Positions 21,072 through 30,066 of a stretch of 51,271 nucleotides of DNA are shown here, piece after piece. The notes beneath the pieces were generated by a model. That model worked only from the letters and a program-made list of their open reading frames with translations, was not told where the DNA came from and did no database searches. Source of the DNA: a virus (taxonomy: Duplodnaviria > Caudoviricetes). Position 1 is the stretch's first letter, and each line of letters opens with the position of its first letter. Position numbers and translations under genes: made by a program. The stretch covers positions 1 to 51,271 of the IMG/VR virus record IMGVR_UViG_3300021964_000101, one strand, 5' to 3'.

Positions 21072-21460
21072 AATAGTGTCTTTAATCTATATTTGCTTAT
21101 TGTTGCTAAATGATTTTTAAATAAAAAGAAAGTTTCTCGCGCATTTTTATCCAATTCATCCAATACCATTGTAGTATCATCTTCGGGGAAAACAATTAAT
21201 TTACCCTGTTTAATAGCCGTAATTAAACCAGTAAAACGAGAATCAACTTCATGCTTTCTACGTTTCATATTTTCATCACGCCAATACCCGTCTTTATCTT
21301 GATTATCTCTATAAAAAATAACATGACATTTTGGATTTTGTCTCATCCACCCTATGTTTTTTCTTTCATTATTTAAATCATCATAATAAATCCAAATAGC
21401 ATTATCGTCATTTAATTCAACATCTGCTTGCCTTATGTCTGCTAACCAAAGAACATTCAT
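21068..21460 (-). CDS. hypothetical protein
   Basis: GAGGAGG RBS on minus strand. Confidence 0.65.
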   Translation of the reverse strand: MNVLWLADIRQADVELNDDNAIWIYYDDLNNERKNIGWMRQNPKCHVIFYRDNQDKDGYWRDENMKRRKHEVDSRFTGLITAIKQGKLIVFPEDDTTMVLDELDKNARETFFLFKNHLATISKYRLKTLL

Positions 21461-21579
21461 TTGCTTTTACCTCCTCGCATGTAATGTTTTTCTGGACGAT
21501 AACTCCGCCGTTTTCGCCAAGCCCAATTATTAATTTTACCAGAAATACGTTCAATAATTATTATTAATTTTTCAATCAT
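21457..21579 (-). CDS. small basic protein (not in ORF track)
   Basis: 40 aa MIEKLIIIIERISGKINNWAWRKRRSYRPEKHYMRGGKSK; ATGA overlaps at both ends. Confidence 0.6.
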   Translation of the reverse strand: MIEKLIIIIERISGKINNWAWRKRRSYRPEKHYMRGGKSK

Positions 21580-22472
21580 ATATCTTGTATATCTGTTGTT
21601 TTCAATTTACTATACCAAGTCATTGGACGAACCTTGGCTCTTGAAGTAACCTTTTGATGTAATTCTGCGTTAGGCCAACAATGTTTTTTGTATCCACAAA
21701 ACCCACACATAGATGATAATACTTTATTACCTGTTTCTTTTATCATACCTTTATCTTTTCCAATTCTAGCACGATATGTTTCTTTTACATCTTCAAAACC
21801 TTTTTTAAATGGTGTATCTGTTGTAAGCTTTTTAATGTTTGCTGATACACGTTTAACAGATTCTTTTCTCTCATCTTCTTGACCAGTAGGAGCCTCACAT
21901 ACAGCAAATTCCCCTGTTACTTTGTTAACAGCAATCCACCCACCAAAATTAGAATTATCTGCCATCGAATACATTAACCCTTGGTCAATATAACCAAAAG
22001 CATCATCTTGTTTTATTTTTTCGTATCCACCATATTCTCCAAACTTGTTACTAAAACTGGCCGGGCTTGCCGATTTAATATCCCAAATTTTATCATCTAT
22101 TTTAATATCGTATGTGCCCTCTAAATCTATATCCGCTATATTTAATTTTACACCTTGTTGTGTTTTTGATATATCAATACCTGCCCCGCGTAAAATAGCA
22201 ATAGACATTGCTTCAATCAAATCACCCAATAAAAATTTTACAATTGCATTATATTCTGTTTCGTATTCAACACCTTTTTTACCAAGCTGTTGTTGACATA
22301 ATGGCTTTCCAACCTCTGACATTCGTAATCGCCATTGTCTTTTACCGCTATTAAATTGTTTCTCAATAGCTTTACCGCAAGATTCTTTAAACTCCTCTAT
22401 AACAGAAGAGGGAAGACTAGCTTCCCCCTTCGATGCGTCATACAAAAAATTTTCGACTAACGTCTTAATCAT
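21576..22472 (-). CDS. PD-(D/E)XK (Cas4/RecB-like) exonuclease
   Basis: LRMSEVGKPLC, GTYD...DIKSAS, Y..Q...Y, C-terminal CxxC..K..C. Confidence 0.8.
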   Translation of the reverse strand: MIKTLVENFLYDASKGEASLPSSVIEEFKESCGKAIEKQFNSGKRQWRLRMSEVGKPLCQQQLGKKGVEYETEYNAIVKFLLGDLIEAMSIAILRGAGIDISKTQQGVKLNIADIDLEGTYDIKIDDKIWDIKSASPASFSNKFGEYGGYEKIKQDDAFGYIDQGLMYSMADNSNFGGWIAVNKVTGEFAVCEAPTGQEDERKESVKRVSANIKKLTTDTPFKKGFEDVKETYRARIGKDKGMIKETGNKVLSSMCGFCGYKKHCWPNAELHQKVTSRAKVRPMTWYSKLKTTDIQDI

Positions 22473-23323
22473 GCCGGCTGTGCCTCAATATCGATAGCTA
22501 GGGAGTGGTCGCCATCATTTGTTTTAAGTTTTACAGCCTCACGATGTTTTTCCATGACACTTTCATTTACCGCTTGAACAGTATCGGCAAATTCTTTTAA
22601 CAATACTTTATCATCATTAGATATTGTATCTACACTAGTTTTTACTGTAGGTTCAACAATGAAAAAAGTATTACCTGTTGTTTTTTGTTTTTTCGTAGCC
22701 AATGATAATACTGTTCTTATCATTGGTTTCTTTTGCCTAGCTAAATTATTAATTACCTTTTGGAAAGGAATATAATTTACGCCTTTAGCATAAAATACAC
22801 ATGGATAATTTTCAATCGGTTCAAATTGTGAATCATCAGCGTATTTACCCTCTAAAATACTAACAGTACCATAAATGACTTGATTACATTTAACTTGATT
22901 GCTAAGTATTTTTTTAGGGTCAGTGTCGTTAAGTTCAGCCAATTCATCTTTTGTTAGTTTGCCACATTTGTAGCTTCCTTGAACATCAGGGAATTGGTCA
23001 CTTAAACTTGGTCTTTGGACAGAGCCCACAAATGTATCCTCTGCATTATCCCAATAACTATAACTAAACACACGCATAAACATTCTAAAATCAACTGTTT
23101 TTGCATATGCTGTTTTCTCCCCTACACGTAATGAAAACCAACCTCTCGGTAGTGGCTTATCATTATCGTCTTCAGCTTGATAATTTATTGATAGTCTTGA
23201 TAATACAGAAGGTGAGTCTCCGCCAATGGCTATACCTTGACCTGTTAACTGCATTAATTGTTCATCAGTAATAGAGTCAAAGTTTTCTGGAATGGCAATT
23301 GCCATGTTTTCATTATTAGTCAT
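22469..23323 (-). CDS. putative ssDNA-binding/annealing protein
   Basis: Position between polymerase and exonuclease; acidic tail; function inferred. Confidence 0.5.
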   Translation of the reverse strand: MTNNENMAIAIPENFDSITDEQLMQLTGQGIAIGGDSPSVLSRLSINYQAEDDNDKPLPRGWFSLRVGEKTAYAKTVDFRMFMRVFSYSYWDNAEDTFVGSVQRPSLSDQFPDVQGSYKCGKLTKDELAELNDTDPKKILSNQVKCNQVIYGTVSILEGKYADDSQFEPIENYPCVFYAKGVNYIPFQKVINNLARQKKPMIRTVLSLATKKQKTTGNTFFIVEPTVKTSVDTISNDDKVLLKEFADTVQAVNESVMEKHREAVKLKTNDGDHSLAIDIEAQPA

Positions 23324-24866
23324 CGGTTTTATATACCTCCTCGGTTTCTAACCAGTTGTTTCCCATTTTCAATTCAATACCGATAGGCATATCATATTCA
23401 ACACCATATCTTCTTATCGTTTCTTGCGGTAAGATTAACATAGCATCTTTCAATGTTTCTATCGCTATATCCTCTTCACTGGGATATACGTCTAATACAA
23501 TACTATCATGTACTGTGTTACACACAATAGTTTTTAATTTGCGATTTGTCAACAATTTTTTTAAATAAATTAATGCAATTGGCAATAAATCTGCTGTTGC
23601 AAAACCTTGTACCGGATAATTCTTAATAGCAGTGGCATTTGATACAGAACCACTAGGCATTCTCTCGGTATTTGGGAAATAATACATTCTTCCGGAAGGT
23701 AAGACAACGTGCCGTGTTTCTAATGCTTGATTAATTAAATCTCTATGCCAACGCGTTACACCAGAATATTTTTCTTTAAATGCCCTATAGTATTGCATCT
23801 GTTTTGGTGTACCTAATACACCCCCATATAGTGGTTTAAAAGTATCTGCTTTAGCGACTTGACGTGATACACCAAGTATCTTTGCTGTAAAGCTATGTAC
23901 ATCTACTTTATTTTTTACATCAGCATATATTTGTTCATCATCCGATAAAAATCCGGCAACACGAAACTCTAATTGAGAATAGTCACCTTCTAATATCTTA
24001 CCCCCTTCCCAACGCGATACAATACACTTACGAACAGGAAATGTACCACCCCTTGGCATGTTTTGGAAGTTTGGATTGCGTGAACTAAGTCTACCTGTTG
24101 AGGTTACACATTGCATATACTGGGGATGAATAAAATTATTTTCATCTTTACTTCTTTGAATACCATCAACGAATGTTCTTAGATATGTTCTTATTGCAGA
24201 ATAACGGACATACTTTTCTAAAAATTCTCGTTGGCTTGGATTAATAGATGTAATAAATTCTTCTAATGTTGTTTTATCTGTTTTAAATCCTGTCGCCGAT
24301 GTATCTACCGAGTTACGCGGTATCAAACGTAAACCGGCACGCTCTTTTGTATCAGTAAATAGTCGACCTTTTGCATTGCATGTTTTACAATTTCTTTTTA
24401 CTTTACTGTATGTACCATCTTTTTTCTTGTAATGATATTTACCTGTGCCTTCACAGTTGTGACACAGTTTTGACACAGTTTTAAACACAGGTCTAGCGAG
24501 GGCATTTACGGCATGATAGAAATCATTAATATCGTCATAATTTGTTTTTCGTTTTTTCTTCTTTGTATTGCCGCGTAATTCATAACCAATATTAAATTCT
24601 TTAGCCCATTCTTTTTTATCAACAACACGCATAGAAAAAAATAGTATTGACCTATCATCTGGTGAGTCTAAATTAATTGGCGTATCACCCATTAATTCAC
24701 TAGTTTTTTTGTTCAAAAAAGCCTGTAAATCAGTTAATTCTTGATTATACTGTTCCCTAATATCGGAAAGTGCTTTGTCATCAATTTTAATTCCATTGTA
24801 TTCAATGTCAGCAAGAACTCTAATAAGTTCCATACTTAGTTGTAGTGTCGGTACTAAATTTGCCAT
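23316..24866 (-). CDS. polA: family A DNA polymerase, polymerase domain with DnaJ-type Zn-finger insert
   Basis: TGRLSS.NPNFQN, DYSQLEFRV, R..AK...F..LYG, NYPVQG, VHDS; insert CHNCEGTG...CKTCNAKG. Confidence 0.95.
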   Translation of the reverse strand: MANLVPTLQLSMELIRVLADIEYNGIKIDDKALSDIREQYNQELTDLQAFLNKKTSELMGDTPINLDSPDDRSILFFSMRVVDKKEWAKEFNIGYELRGNTKKKKRKTNYDDINDFYHAVNALARPVFKTVSKLCHNCEGTGKYHYKKKDGTYSKVKRNCKTCNAKGRLFTDTKERAGLRLIPRNSVDTSATGFKTDKTTLEEFITSINPSQREFLEKYVRYSAIRTYLRTFVDGIQRSKDENNFIHPQYMQCVTSTGRLSSRNPNFQNMPRGGTFPVRKCIVSRWEGGKILEGDYSQLEFRVAGFLSDDEQIYADVKNKVDVHSFTAKILGVSRQVAKADTFKPLYGGVLGTPKQMQYYRAFKEKYSGVTRWHRDLINQALETRHVVLPSGRMYYFPNTERMPSGSVSNATAIKNYPVQGFATADLLPIALIYLKKLLTNRKLKTIVCNTVHDSIVLDVYPSEEDIAIETLKDAMLILPQETIRRYGVEYDMPIGIELKMGNNWLETEEVYKTDD

Positions 24867-25399
24867 AAGTCCTCAAATTCTAAATTCATTTTATCCATTT
24901 GTTTTTTTGCTAACTGCCATGTAACTTCAATATCTTGTATACCATATTTTTCTACAATGGGCCACGGTATGTGTTCAAAAGAAACTTTTCTTTTCATGTA
25001 TGGGTCAATTAATTCTGTAGCTTTTAAATCTACACTTCTTCTCTTACAACTATCTTCTAAACTAAAAGTTCTTTTTAGTCCTTTCGCTAATAAATATTCT
25101 ACAACCATGGTATCATGTAGAATACCATTAAAAGTAAATCCACAACTTACTAGCCAATTGTAATCAAATTTTATGTTATGTCCAATAAGAACATCTGTTT
25201 TATCTAATGCTTGTTGTAAAATTTGTTTGCCATTTTCTGTTGGTTCTTTTTCTGTATGATAAAAACACAAGTATTGGCAAGGCTCTTCCATAATTTTATA
25301 ACCTACAGAAACTAACATATCCCCTTCAAATGGACTTGATACTGTTCCATTATCTTTTTCATGATATGTCGTCTCAACATCTAATGTTGTTATAATCAT
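24854..25399 (-). CDS. stand-alone 3'-5' exonuclease (proofreading domain of split PolA)
   Basis: ExoI LDVET, ExoII GHNIKFD, ExoIII YGIQD. Confidence 0.9.
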   Translation of the reverse strand: MIITTLDVETTYHEKDNGTVSSPFEGDMLVSVGYKIMEEPCQYLCFYHTEKEPTENGKQILQQALDKTDVLIGHNIKFDYNWLVSCGFTFNGILHDTMVVEYLLAKGLKRTFSLEDSCKRRSVDLKATELIDPYMKRKVSFEHIPWPIVEKYGIQDIEVTWQLAKKQMDKMNLEFEDLWQI

Positions 25400-26598
25400 T
25401 CAAATACTCCCCTTTCAATATCAATTGATGAATAAATATTTCCGTGCCAACCATTTAATTTATTTTTACTTGTATGTAAAGTTCTAGCGTTATCCCCTTC
25501 TCCTCTACCAATACCTAAGATGATGTCGGCCTCACCGGCCTTACCGGTACGTGAATTATCTAAGTGTTCATAACTAACTTCATGTAAGTTTTGCGCTTCA
25601 TAGCTAGCTTGGGATACAGCCCATACTAAACAATTATGTCGTTTTGCTATTTCTCTTGTTCGAACATAAACTTCTTTTAACTTTTCATCCGTACGATTAA
25701 ATGAACCATTGATATGCACTTTATCTAATTGGTCAATAAACATTACATCTGGATTATATAATCTAGCATAATTATCAATCTCATCAATGTGCGTCCCCAC
25801 ACTATCAAAAACAGTAAGGTAATCTTTTATTTCCGCGTGATATCGCGGTCTAAAATAATCTAGTCTATTTGCTACTTCTTGTTTTGATACTTCAAAATGT
25901 GATTGTATTATTCTTGTTTTAATACGGACAGCCGGCTCTTCATTAGCCCAATATGTTACTTTCTTTTTTTGTTGTATGTACCCGGACGCTAAAAAGCTAG
26001 AAAATGTTGTCTTACCCATTTCTGGTCTAGCTAATAAAATACAAAAGTGTCCCCGGGATAAAGAAGTAATTCTAGTTTGTAATGATTCTAACCTAAAATT
26101 AAATTCTCCTTTATCAACGGAACCATCGAATAGCTCATCAATGTCAGCTTTTATTTCAAAATAACTATCAGCATCAATTAATTCTTGTTCATTTATTCTT
26201 TCTACCATATTTTTTAAACCAGTAATTGCTTCTGGTTTTTCATGGCCATTAAATATATCAACTGCTAATTCGCCAACTTCTTTTGCTTTGCTTCTAATCC
26301 AAAAGTTTTTTATGATATCAATATTTAGTTCCGCATTGAGATTAGTTTCGGGTATTGTATCAATAACTTTACAAATATTGTCATAACTTGATTTAGGTGT
26401 AGCCGGATAAAGGTCAGCATGCATAACCTTTAAATCATTATTTGTTAGTAATTGTTCTGGATGTTTTTCATGTGTTCTTGAAATTAAAGTATATATGATA
26501 TTTAGATTGCTATTAAATGCAGACTTATCAATAAATCTTTTTACTTTATTCCAATTCTCGTAGCTTTTACAAATGCTTAGAACTTGTATTGGTATCAT
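25396..26598 (-). CDS. DnaB-like SF4 replicative helicase
   Basis: Walker A ARPEMGKT, FIDQ, VSQ, EADII, KNK motifs. Confidence 0.9.
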   Translation of the reverse strand: MIPIQVLSICKSYENWNKVKRFIDKSAFNSNLNIIYTLISRTHEKHPEQLLTNNDLKVMHADLYPATPKSSYDNICKVIDTIPETNLNAELNIDIIKNFWIRSKAKEVGELAVDIFNGHEKPEAITGLKNMVERINEQELIDADSYFEIKADIDELFDGSVDKGEFNFRLESLQTRITSLSRGHFCILLARPEMGKTTFSSFLASGYIQQKKKVTYWANEEPAVRIKTRIIQSHFEVSKQEVANRLDYFRPRYHAEIKDYLTVFDSVGTHIDEIDNYARLYNPDVMFIDQLDKVHINGSFNRTDEKLKEVYVRTREIAKRHNCLVWAVSQASYEAQNLHEVSYEHLDNSRTGKAGEADIILGIGRGEGDNARTLHTSKNKLNGWHGNIYSSIDIERGVFE

Positions 26599-27385
26599 TC
26601 ATCCACCCCCATGCTTTTTTATTTACTTTATCTACCAAATTTTTAATATCATCATAATCCATATTTTTTATATCATCTTCTAAAATTAAAAATTTTGTAT
26701 TCATCACTAAATTTAATTCATCACAAATTGCTGTTGCTTTTTGTGTAGCGTCCCTATCAAGGGCAACACCAACTCTATCATATTGTTTTATCAAATCAAT
26801 ATGTTTTTGTAAAAGGCTTGTTCCAAGTAAAGCTATACCCGTAGCAAATCGGGATAATGCACATGCACTTGCACAATCTTCAACAATAATTGCTGTTTTG
26901 CTTGTACCACAAATAAAAGGATATCTACTTTTACCATAACGATACCACTTTGGTTTCATATCATTTATAGAACGACCAACAGCGTCAACTATATTTCCAT
27001 TTTCATCTTTAACCAAAAAAACTGTTCTTGCTAAATTTTTATCATAGCGAATGTCAGCTAACCCTAAATTCATAGCGTCATAACTCTTTGATTTTCTTAG
27101 ATAATTTATACTATCTACATTAAATTTTGCACTTTCCCAATCGGGCGGTACAAAAAACTTTTCTTCTTCTTTTTCTGTAATTATTTTTTCTTTTCTTTTA
27201 AAAACTTCTTTTGATAGTTTTTCTCTCGATACTCCTCTAGTATCACAATCGGCATGGAAACAATTGTATAAAATATTATTACCATCATGAAAAGCAGAGA
27301 AAGTATTCCTATTAAAACATATAGGGCAATCAATTCTAATTGAAGTATTAGGTTTGAGATTAAGTTTTTCAAATAGTTCTTTCAT
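26567..27385 (-). CDS. DNA primase (Zn finger plus TOPRIM)
   Basis: CPIC...CFHADC, IVED, ALLGT, ALDRDA. Confidence 0.9.
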   Translation of the reverse strand: MKELFEKLNLKPNTSIRIDCPICFNRNTFSAFHDGNNILYNCFHADCDTRGVSREKLSKEVFKRKEKIITEKEEEKFFVPPDWESAKFNVDSINYLRKSKSYDAMNLGLADIRYDKNLARTVFLVKDENGNIVDAVGRSINDMKPKWYRYGKSRYPFICGTSKTAIIVEDCASACALSRFATGIALLGTSLLQKHIDLIKQYDRVGVALDRDATQKATAICDELNLVMNTKFLILEDDIKNMDYDDIKNLVDKVNKKAWGWMNDTNTSSKHL

Positions 27386-27404
27386 GGTACTCCCTTTTTA
27401 TTTT

Positions 27405-27473
27405 CTTCTATATAAATTTTTTTTCATGTCAATTAAATTTTTTTATTGACAAGTATTTTTTTATCAATAAAAA
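27405..27473. promoter_or_regulatory. divergent sigma70-type promoter pair
   Basis: TGTCAA 27427-27432 and TTGACA 27446-27451 at the strand switch; -10 boxes imperfect (TAGAAG, TAAAAA). Confidence 0.6.
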
Positions 27474-27494
27474 GGGGGAACCCCCCACCCCCTA

Positions 27495-27525
27495 TAGGGG
27501 AATAGCCGACCAATTATTATAAGGG
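27495..27525. repeat. GGGG-N1-2-TAGCCGACCAAT motif, inverted copy of 34681-34710
   Basis: 27503-27519 is the exact reverse complement of 34687-34703. Confidence 0.8.
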
Positions 27526-27533
27526 AGTAAATT

Positions 27534-27707
27534 ATGCAAGATAAAAAATTATTATTACATGTACCCACGGAAATGAAAAAGTGGGCAGATAAAATGTATG
27601 ATGCTGAATTTGAAGGTAAAATGCGTAGTTATCATGAATATAGAAATTTATATTTGCATTATAAAGAGTTAAATGATAGGGGAGTAGAGTATGAGCCAAC
27701 CTTTTGA
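27534..27707 (+). CDS. 57-aa hypothetical protein (not in ORF track)
   Basis: AGGGAG RBS; MQDKKLLLHVPTEMKKW...GVEYEPTF. Confidence 0.7.
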   Translation: MQDKKLLLHVPTEMKKWADKMYDAEFEGKMRSYHEYRNLYLHYKELNDRGVEYEPTF

Positions 27708-28011
27708 ATGGACTAAAGAAAATTATCAAAAAGCTTTAGAGTTGTCTAAAACAAAAATGACAATGACTGAAATTGGGAAAGTGTTGGGTACAACAAAAAA
27801 TGCTGTACTAGGTAAACTACACCGGGAAAAAAAGAAAAATGGATACAAGAAAAATCAAAACCGAAACACCCGGGGCCCTAGTCATAATTACTATTTTAAA
27901 ACAATTGGCAAAAACACATGCACGTTATGTAATAAAGAGTTTGATATACAGAGTAAGTTTGATAGGTTTTGTATGTCATGTAAAAAAACTGATTTTTATA
28001 GGAGTGGATAA
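27691..28011 (+). CDS. GcrA-like regulator with C-terminal Zn finger
   Basis: WT...EIGKVLGTTKNAVLGKLHR matches the GcrA N-terminal pattern; CTLC...FCMSC. Confidence 0.75.
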   Translation: MSQPFEWTKENYQKALELSKTKMTMTEIGKVLGTTKNAVLGKLHREKKKNGYKKNQNRNTRGPSHNYYFKTIGKNTCTLCNKEFDIQSKFDRFCMSCKKTDFYRSG

Positions 28012-28283
28012 TGAAAGAAAGAACTAAATATTACGCAGAATTGACAATGATGGAACCTCATAAACGAAATTCTTTTGATAAAGATTATATGAGAGGAAAA
28101 GCTAACGCATTTTTATTTACTTTAAATGCTTTAACACTTTCTGAAGAAGATAATCCTGTTGATTTGCTAAAGTATGTAGAAAAATACGTTAAAAATGAAT
28201 TAAAAAAGATAGGTATTGTACCTCATCCGTTACAAAAATTAGATTTTAAAAAACTAGGAGTGGATAATGAAAATAGAAGTTAA
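28011..28283 (+). CDS. hypothetical protein
   Basis: AGGAG RBS, TAATG coupling. Confidence 0.65.
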   Translation: MKERTKYYAELTMMEPHKRNSFDKDYMRGKANAFLFTLNALTLSEEDNPVDLLKYVEKYVKNELKKIGIVPHPLQKLDFKKLGVDNENRS

Positions 28284-28383
28284 AACAGAGGATTGTGTTT
28301 ATATTACTATCAATGGATATGTTTATTATATTGATGACTCAACCGGGGAAAGGATAATGAAAAAATGGAAAGAAAAGAAGTAA
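28267..28383 (+). CDS. 38-aa hypothetical protein (not in ORF track)
   Basis: AGGAG RBS; MKIEVKTEDCVYITINGYVYYIDDSTGE... Confidence 0.6.
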   Translation: MKIEVKTEDCVYITINGYVYYIDDSTGERIMKKWKEKK

Positions 28384-28583
28384 ACAAAAGGCTATACGAA
28401 TTAAAAGTAGATGTTCTTGAAACTAGAATTTATCATGTATACGCTGAAGATGAGTCTGAATTAAACGATTTATGGATGTCTGGTAAAGCATGTAAGGGTG
28501 AACCCGCTAGAATAGATTATGTCAGACAAAGTAAAAGGGGTTGGAAAATGATTAAAAATAAAGAGAATGTCAAAACAAATTAA
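28365..28583 (+). CDS. hypothetical protein
   Basis: ORF in packed operon. Confidence 0.55.
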   Translation: MERKEVNKRLYELKVDVLETRIYHVYAEDESELNDLWMSGKACKGEPARIDYVRQSKRGWKMIKNKENVKTN

Positions 28584-28911
28584 ATTACCAAAGTATGTTA
28601 CTATTGGGGCTTACAAAGTCGAACTTGTCAAAATAGCCCATGAAATAGCATATGAGAGTTCAGATTATCAAGGCAGTTTTGTCAGTAATCCACCCTTAAA
28701 AATATTTTTAGATGAAGATATAATTAATAGTGGGGGTATGGACGCGGTTAATTTAGTTTTACATGAACTTTGTCACGTTGGTTTTTATCAATACGGAATG
28801 AAAGATAAAGATGAAGAGCATATTGTAAATAGTTATGGAAATTTTTTAACAGAGGTGTTAATGAGAAGTGAAATAAAGGAGTGGTTAGTATGGCAAATAA
28901 AAAATGCATGA
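28567..28911 (+). CDS. HExxH metallopeptidase-like protein
   Basis: LVLHELCH followed by EE. Confidence 0.7.
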   Translation: MSKQIKLPKYVTIGAYKVELVKIAHEIAYESSDYQGSFVSNPPLKIFLDEDIINSGGMDAVNLVLHELCHVGFYQYGMKDKDEEHIVNSYGNFLTEVLMRSEIKEWLVWQIKNA

Positions 28912-29060
28912 AGTGTGAAAATAAGTTAGCTACCATAAGATACAAAGATACTAAGTGGTATTGTACTTTATGCTATATAAAATTATTTCATGCTGTGGAT
29001 AACTTTGCAAAAATTTTATTGACAGCAAAAAACAAAGAGTTTAAAAGAGATAGTGTTTAG
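28890..29060 (+). CDS. 56-aa CxxC/CxxC Zn-finger protein (not in ORF track)
   Basis: AAGGAG RBS; MANKKCMKCENK...WYCTLCYIK. Confidence 0.55.
   Translation: MANKKCMKCENKLATIRYKDTKWYCTLCYIKLFHAVDNFAKILLTAKNKEFKRDSV
29019..29047 (+). promoter_or_regulatory. candidate sigma70 promoter for the structured RNA
   Basis: TTGACA-N17-TAAAAG; predicted start near 29053 coincides with the first hairpin; lies inside the small ORF above. Confidence 0.5.
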
Positions 29061-29607
29061 TGAAAGCTAAACGCTTGGGTGGTTGTTCTCGACAACACAA
29101 AAAACGGGAAACATGTTTAGGAGTGGGCATGGTAGATATATCTGTAAGTCCTTTTCCTAACACAAGAATAAAAAAGATGTACCAAGTTTGGTAGACGATT
29201 TGGTAAGCCTTTATTCTTGTTAAGTCTACCAACAAGATAAGCCGTGTTAAAGCGTGTGCTGTCTTAGTAGGTAATGACAATGTAAAACTGGTTTGAAACG
29301 TTTTTGTTGTTACCTACACTAAGTTTATGTGAGGGTTATAGTCACTATTAGTGGTATACGAAAGTATACAAGGTAATTGTTCGTCTATTGATAACTTCAT
29401 TAAGTTGGCGGCTCGTGATAGTAGCGAGTTAAAAAGGCAGACTAAAAGCAGATGTAAATAGCCATATGTAGCCTTCACATAAATTTAGTTTTTAATCAGA
29501 ATAAGTCTGGTTAGAAAAGAAGGACATAATATGTAGTATCGCCGTATTTCATATAATCCTTCTAACATTATGGTAGATATTGTTTTATAAATGGTGTCTA
29601 CCATAAT
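29053..29607 (+). ncRNA. large highly structured RNA, family not recognised
   Basis: At least 10 helices including 23, 16, 14, 12 and 11 bp stems whose non-Watson-Crick pairs are G-U on the + strand; two GAAA tetraloops; one pseudoknot. Confidence 0.75.
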
Positions 29608-29622
29608 TAGTAAGGGAGTTAC

Positions 29623-30066
29623 ATGAAAAGAATAAATCCAGAAACTGGCAAACCATTTAAGCAAGGGGATACCCGGGAAGATGGATACCTTTTTAAAGGG
29701 TACAAACTTAGTCTTGGTGTAAAGAAAAATGGGTTTTACGGCGAGTATTGGTACAACCCTTTATCGTATAAAAAACTTTGTGAAGATAACAAAAAAGATA
29801 AAAAAAGAATCTATAATTTTATTACAAAATTTTTAAATAAATGGAAAAGTTTAAAAGGTTGTCATTATTGTCATAATGAATTTAGACCGACAAGCTTACA
29901 ATTTCATCACATTGATAGAAAAACAAAATCTAATAATGTTTCAGAAATGTGGCGAAGTAGTTGGAAAAGTATTGTTAAATTAAAAAATGAAATTAGAAAA
30001 TGTCATGTTACTTGCTATAATTGTCATACATTAATTACTATGGGGGAAAATAAAAATGTCAGCTAA
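29623..30066 (+). CDS. HNH endonuclease
   Basis: CHYC...LQFHHID...CHVTCYNCH; AGGGAG RBS. Confidence 0.85.
   Translation: MKRINPETGKPFKQGDTREDGYLFKGYKLSLGVKKNGFYGEYWYNPLSYKKLCEDNKKDKKRIYNFITKFLNKWKSLKGCHYCHNEFRPTSLQFHHIDRKTKSNNVSEMWRSSWKSIVKLKNEIRKCHVTCYNCHTLITMGENKNVS

Noticed and set aside
21576-22472. Cas4-like nuclease as sign of a CRISPR system
   Set aside because: Stand-alone phage exonuclease in a replication module
28994-29002. Perfect DnaA box (TGTGGATAA)
   Set aside because: Single copy inside a probable small ORF; another occurs in coding DNA near 17844; compatible with chance
29041-29280. 79-aa minus-strand ORF across the structured RNA
   Set aside because: No ATG or RBS, opposite to local transcription; G-U pattern favours a + strand RNA
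29337-29446. Group I intron-like words (ATAGTC, AGACTA)
   Set aside because: Order is reversed relative to R and S elements and no interrupted host gene is evident; no group II domain V seen either
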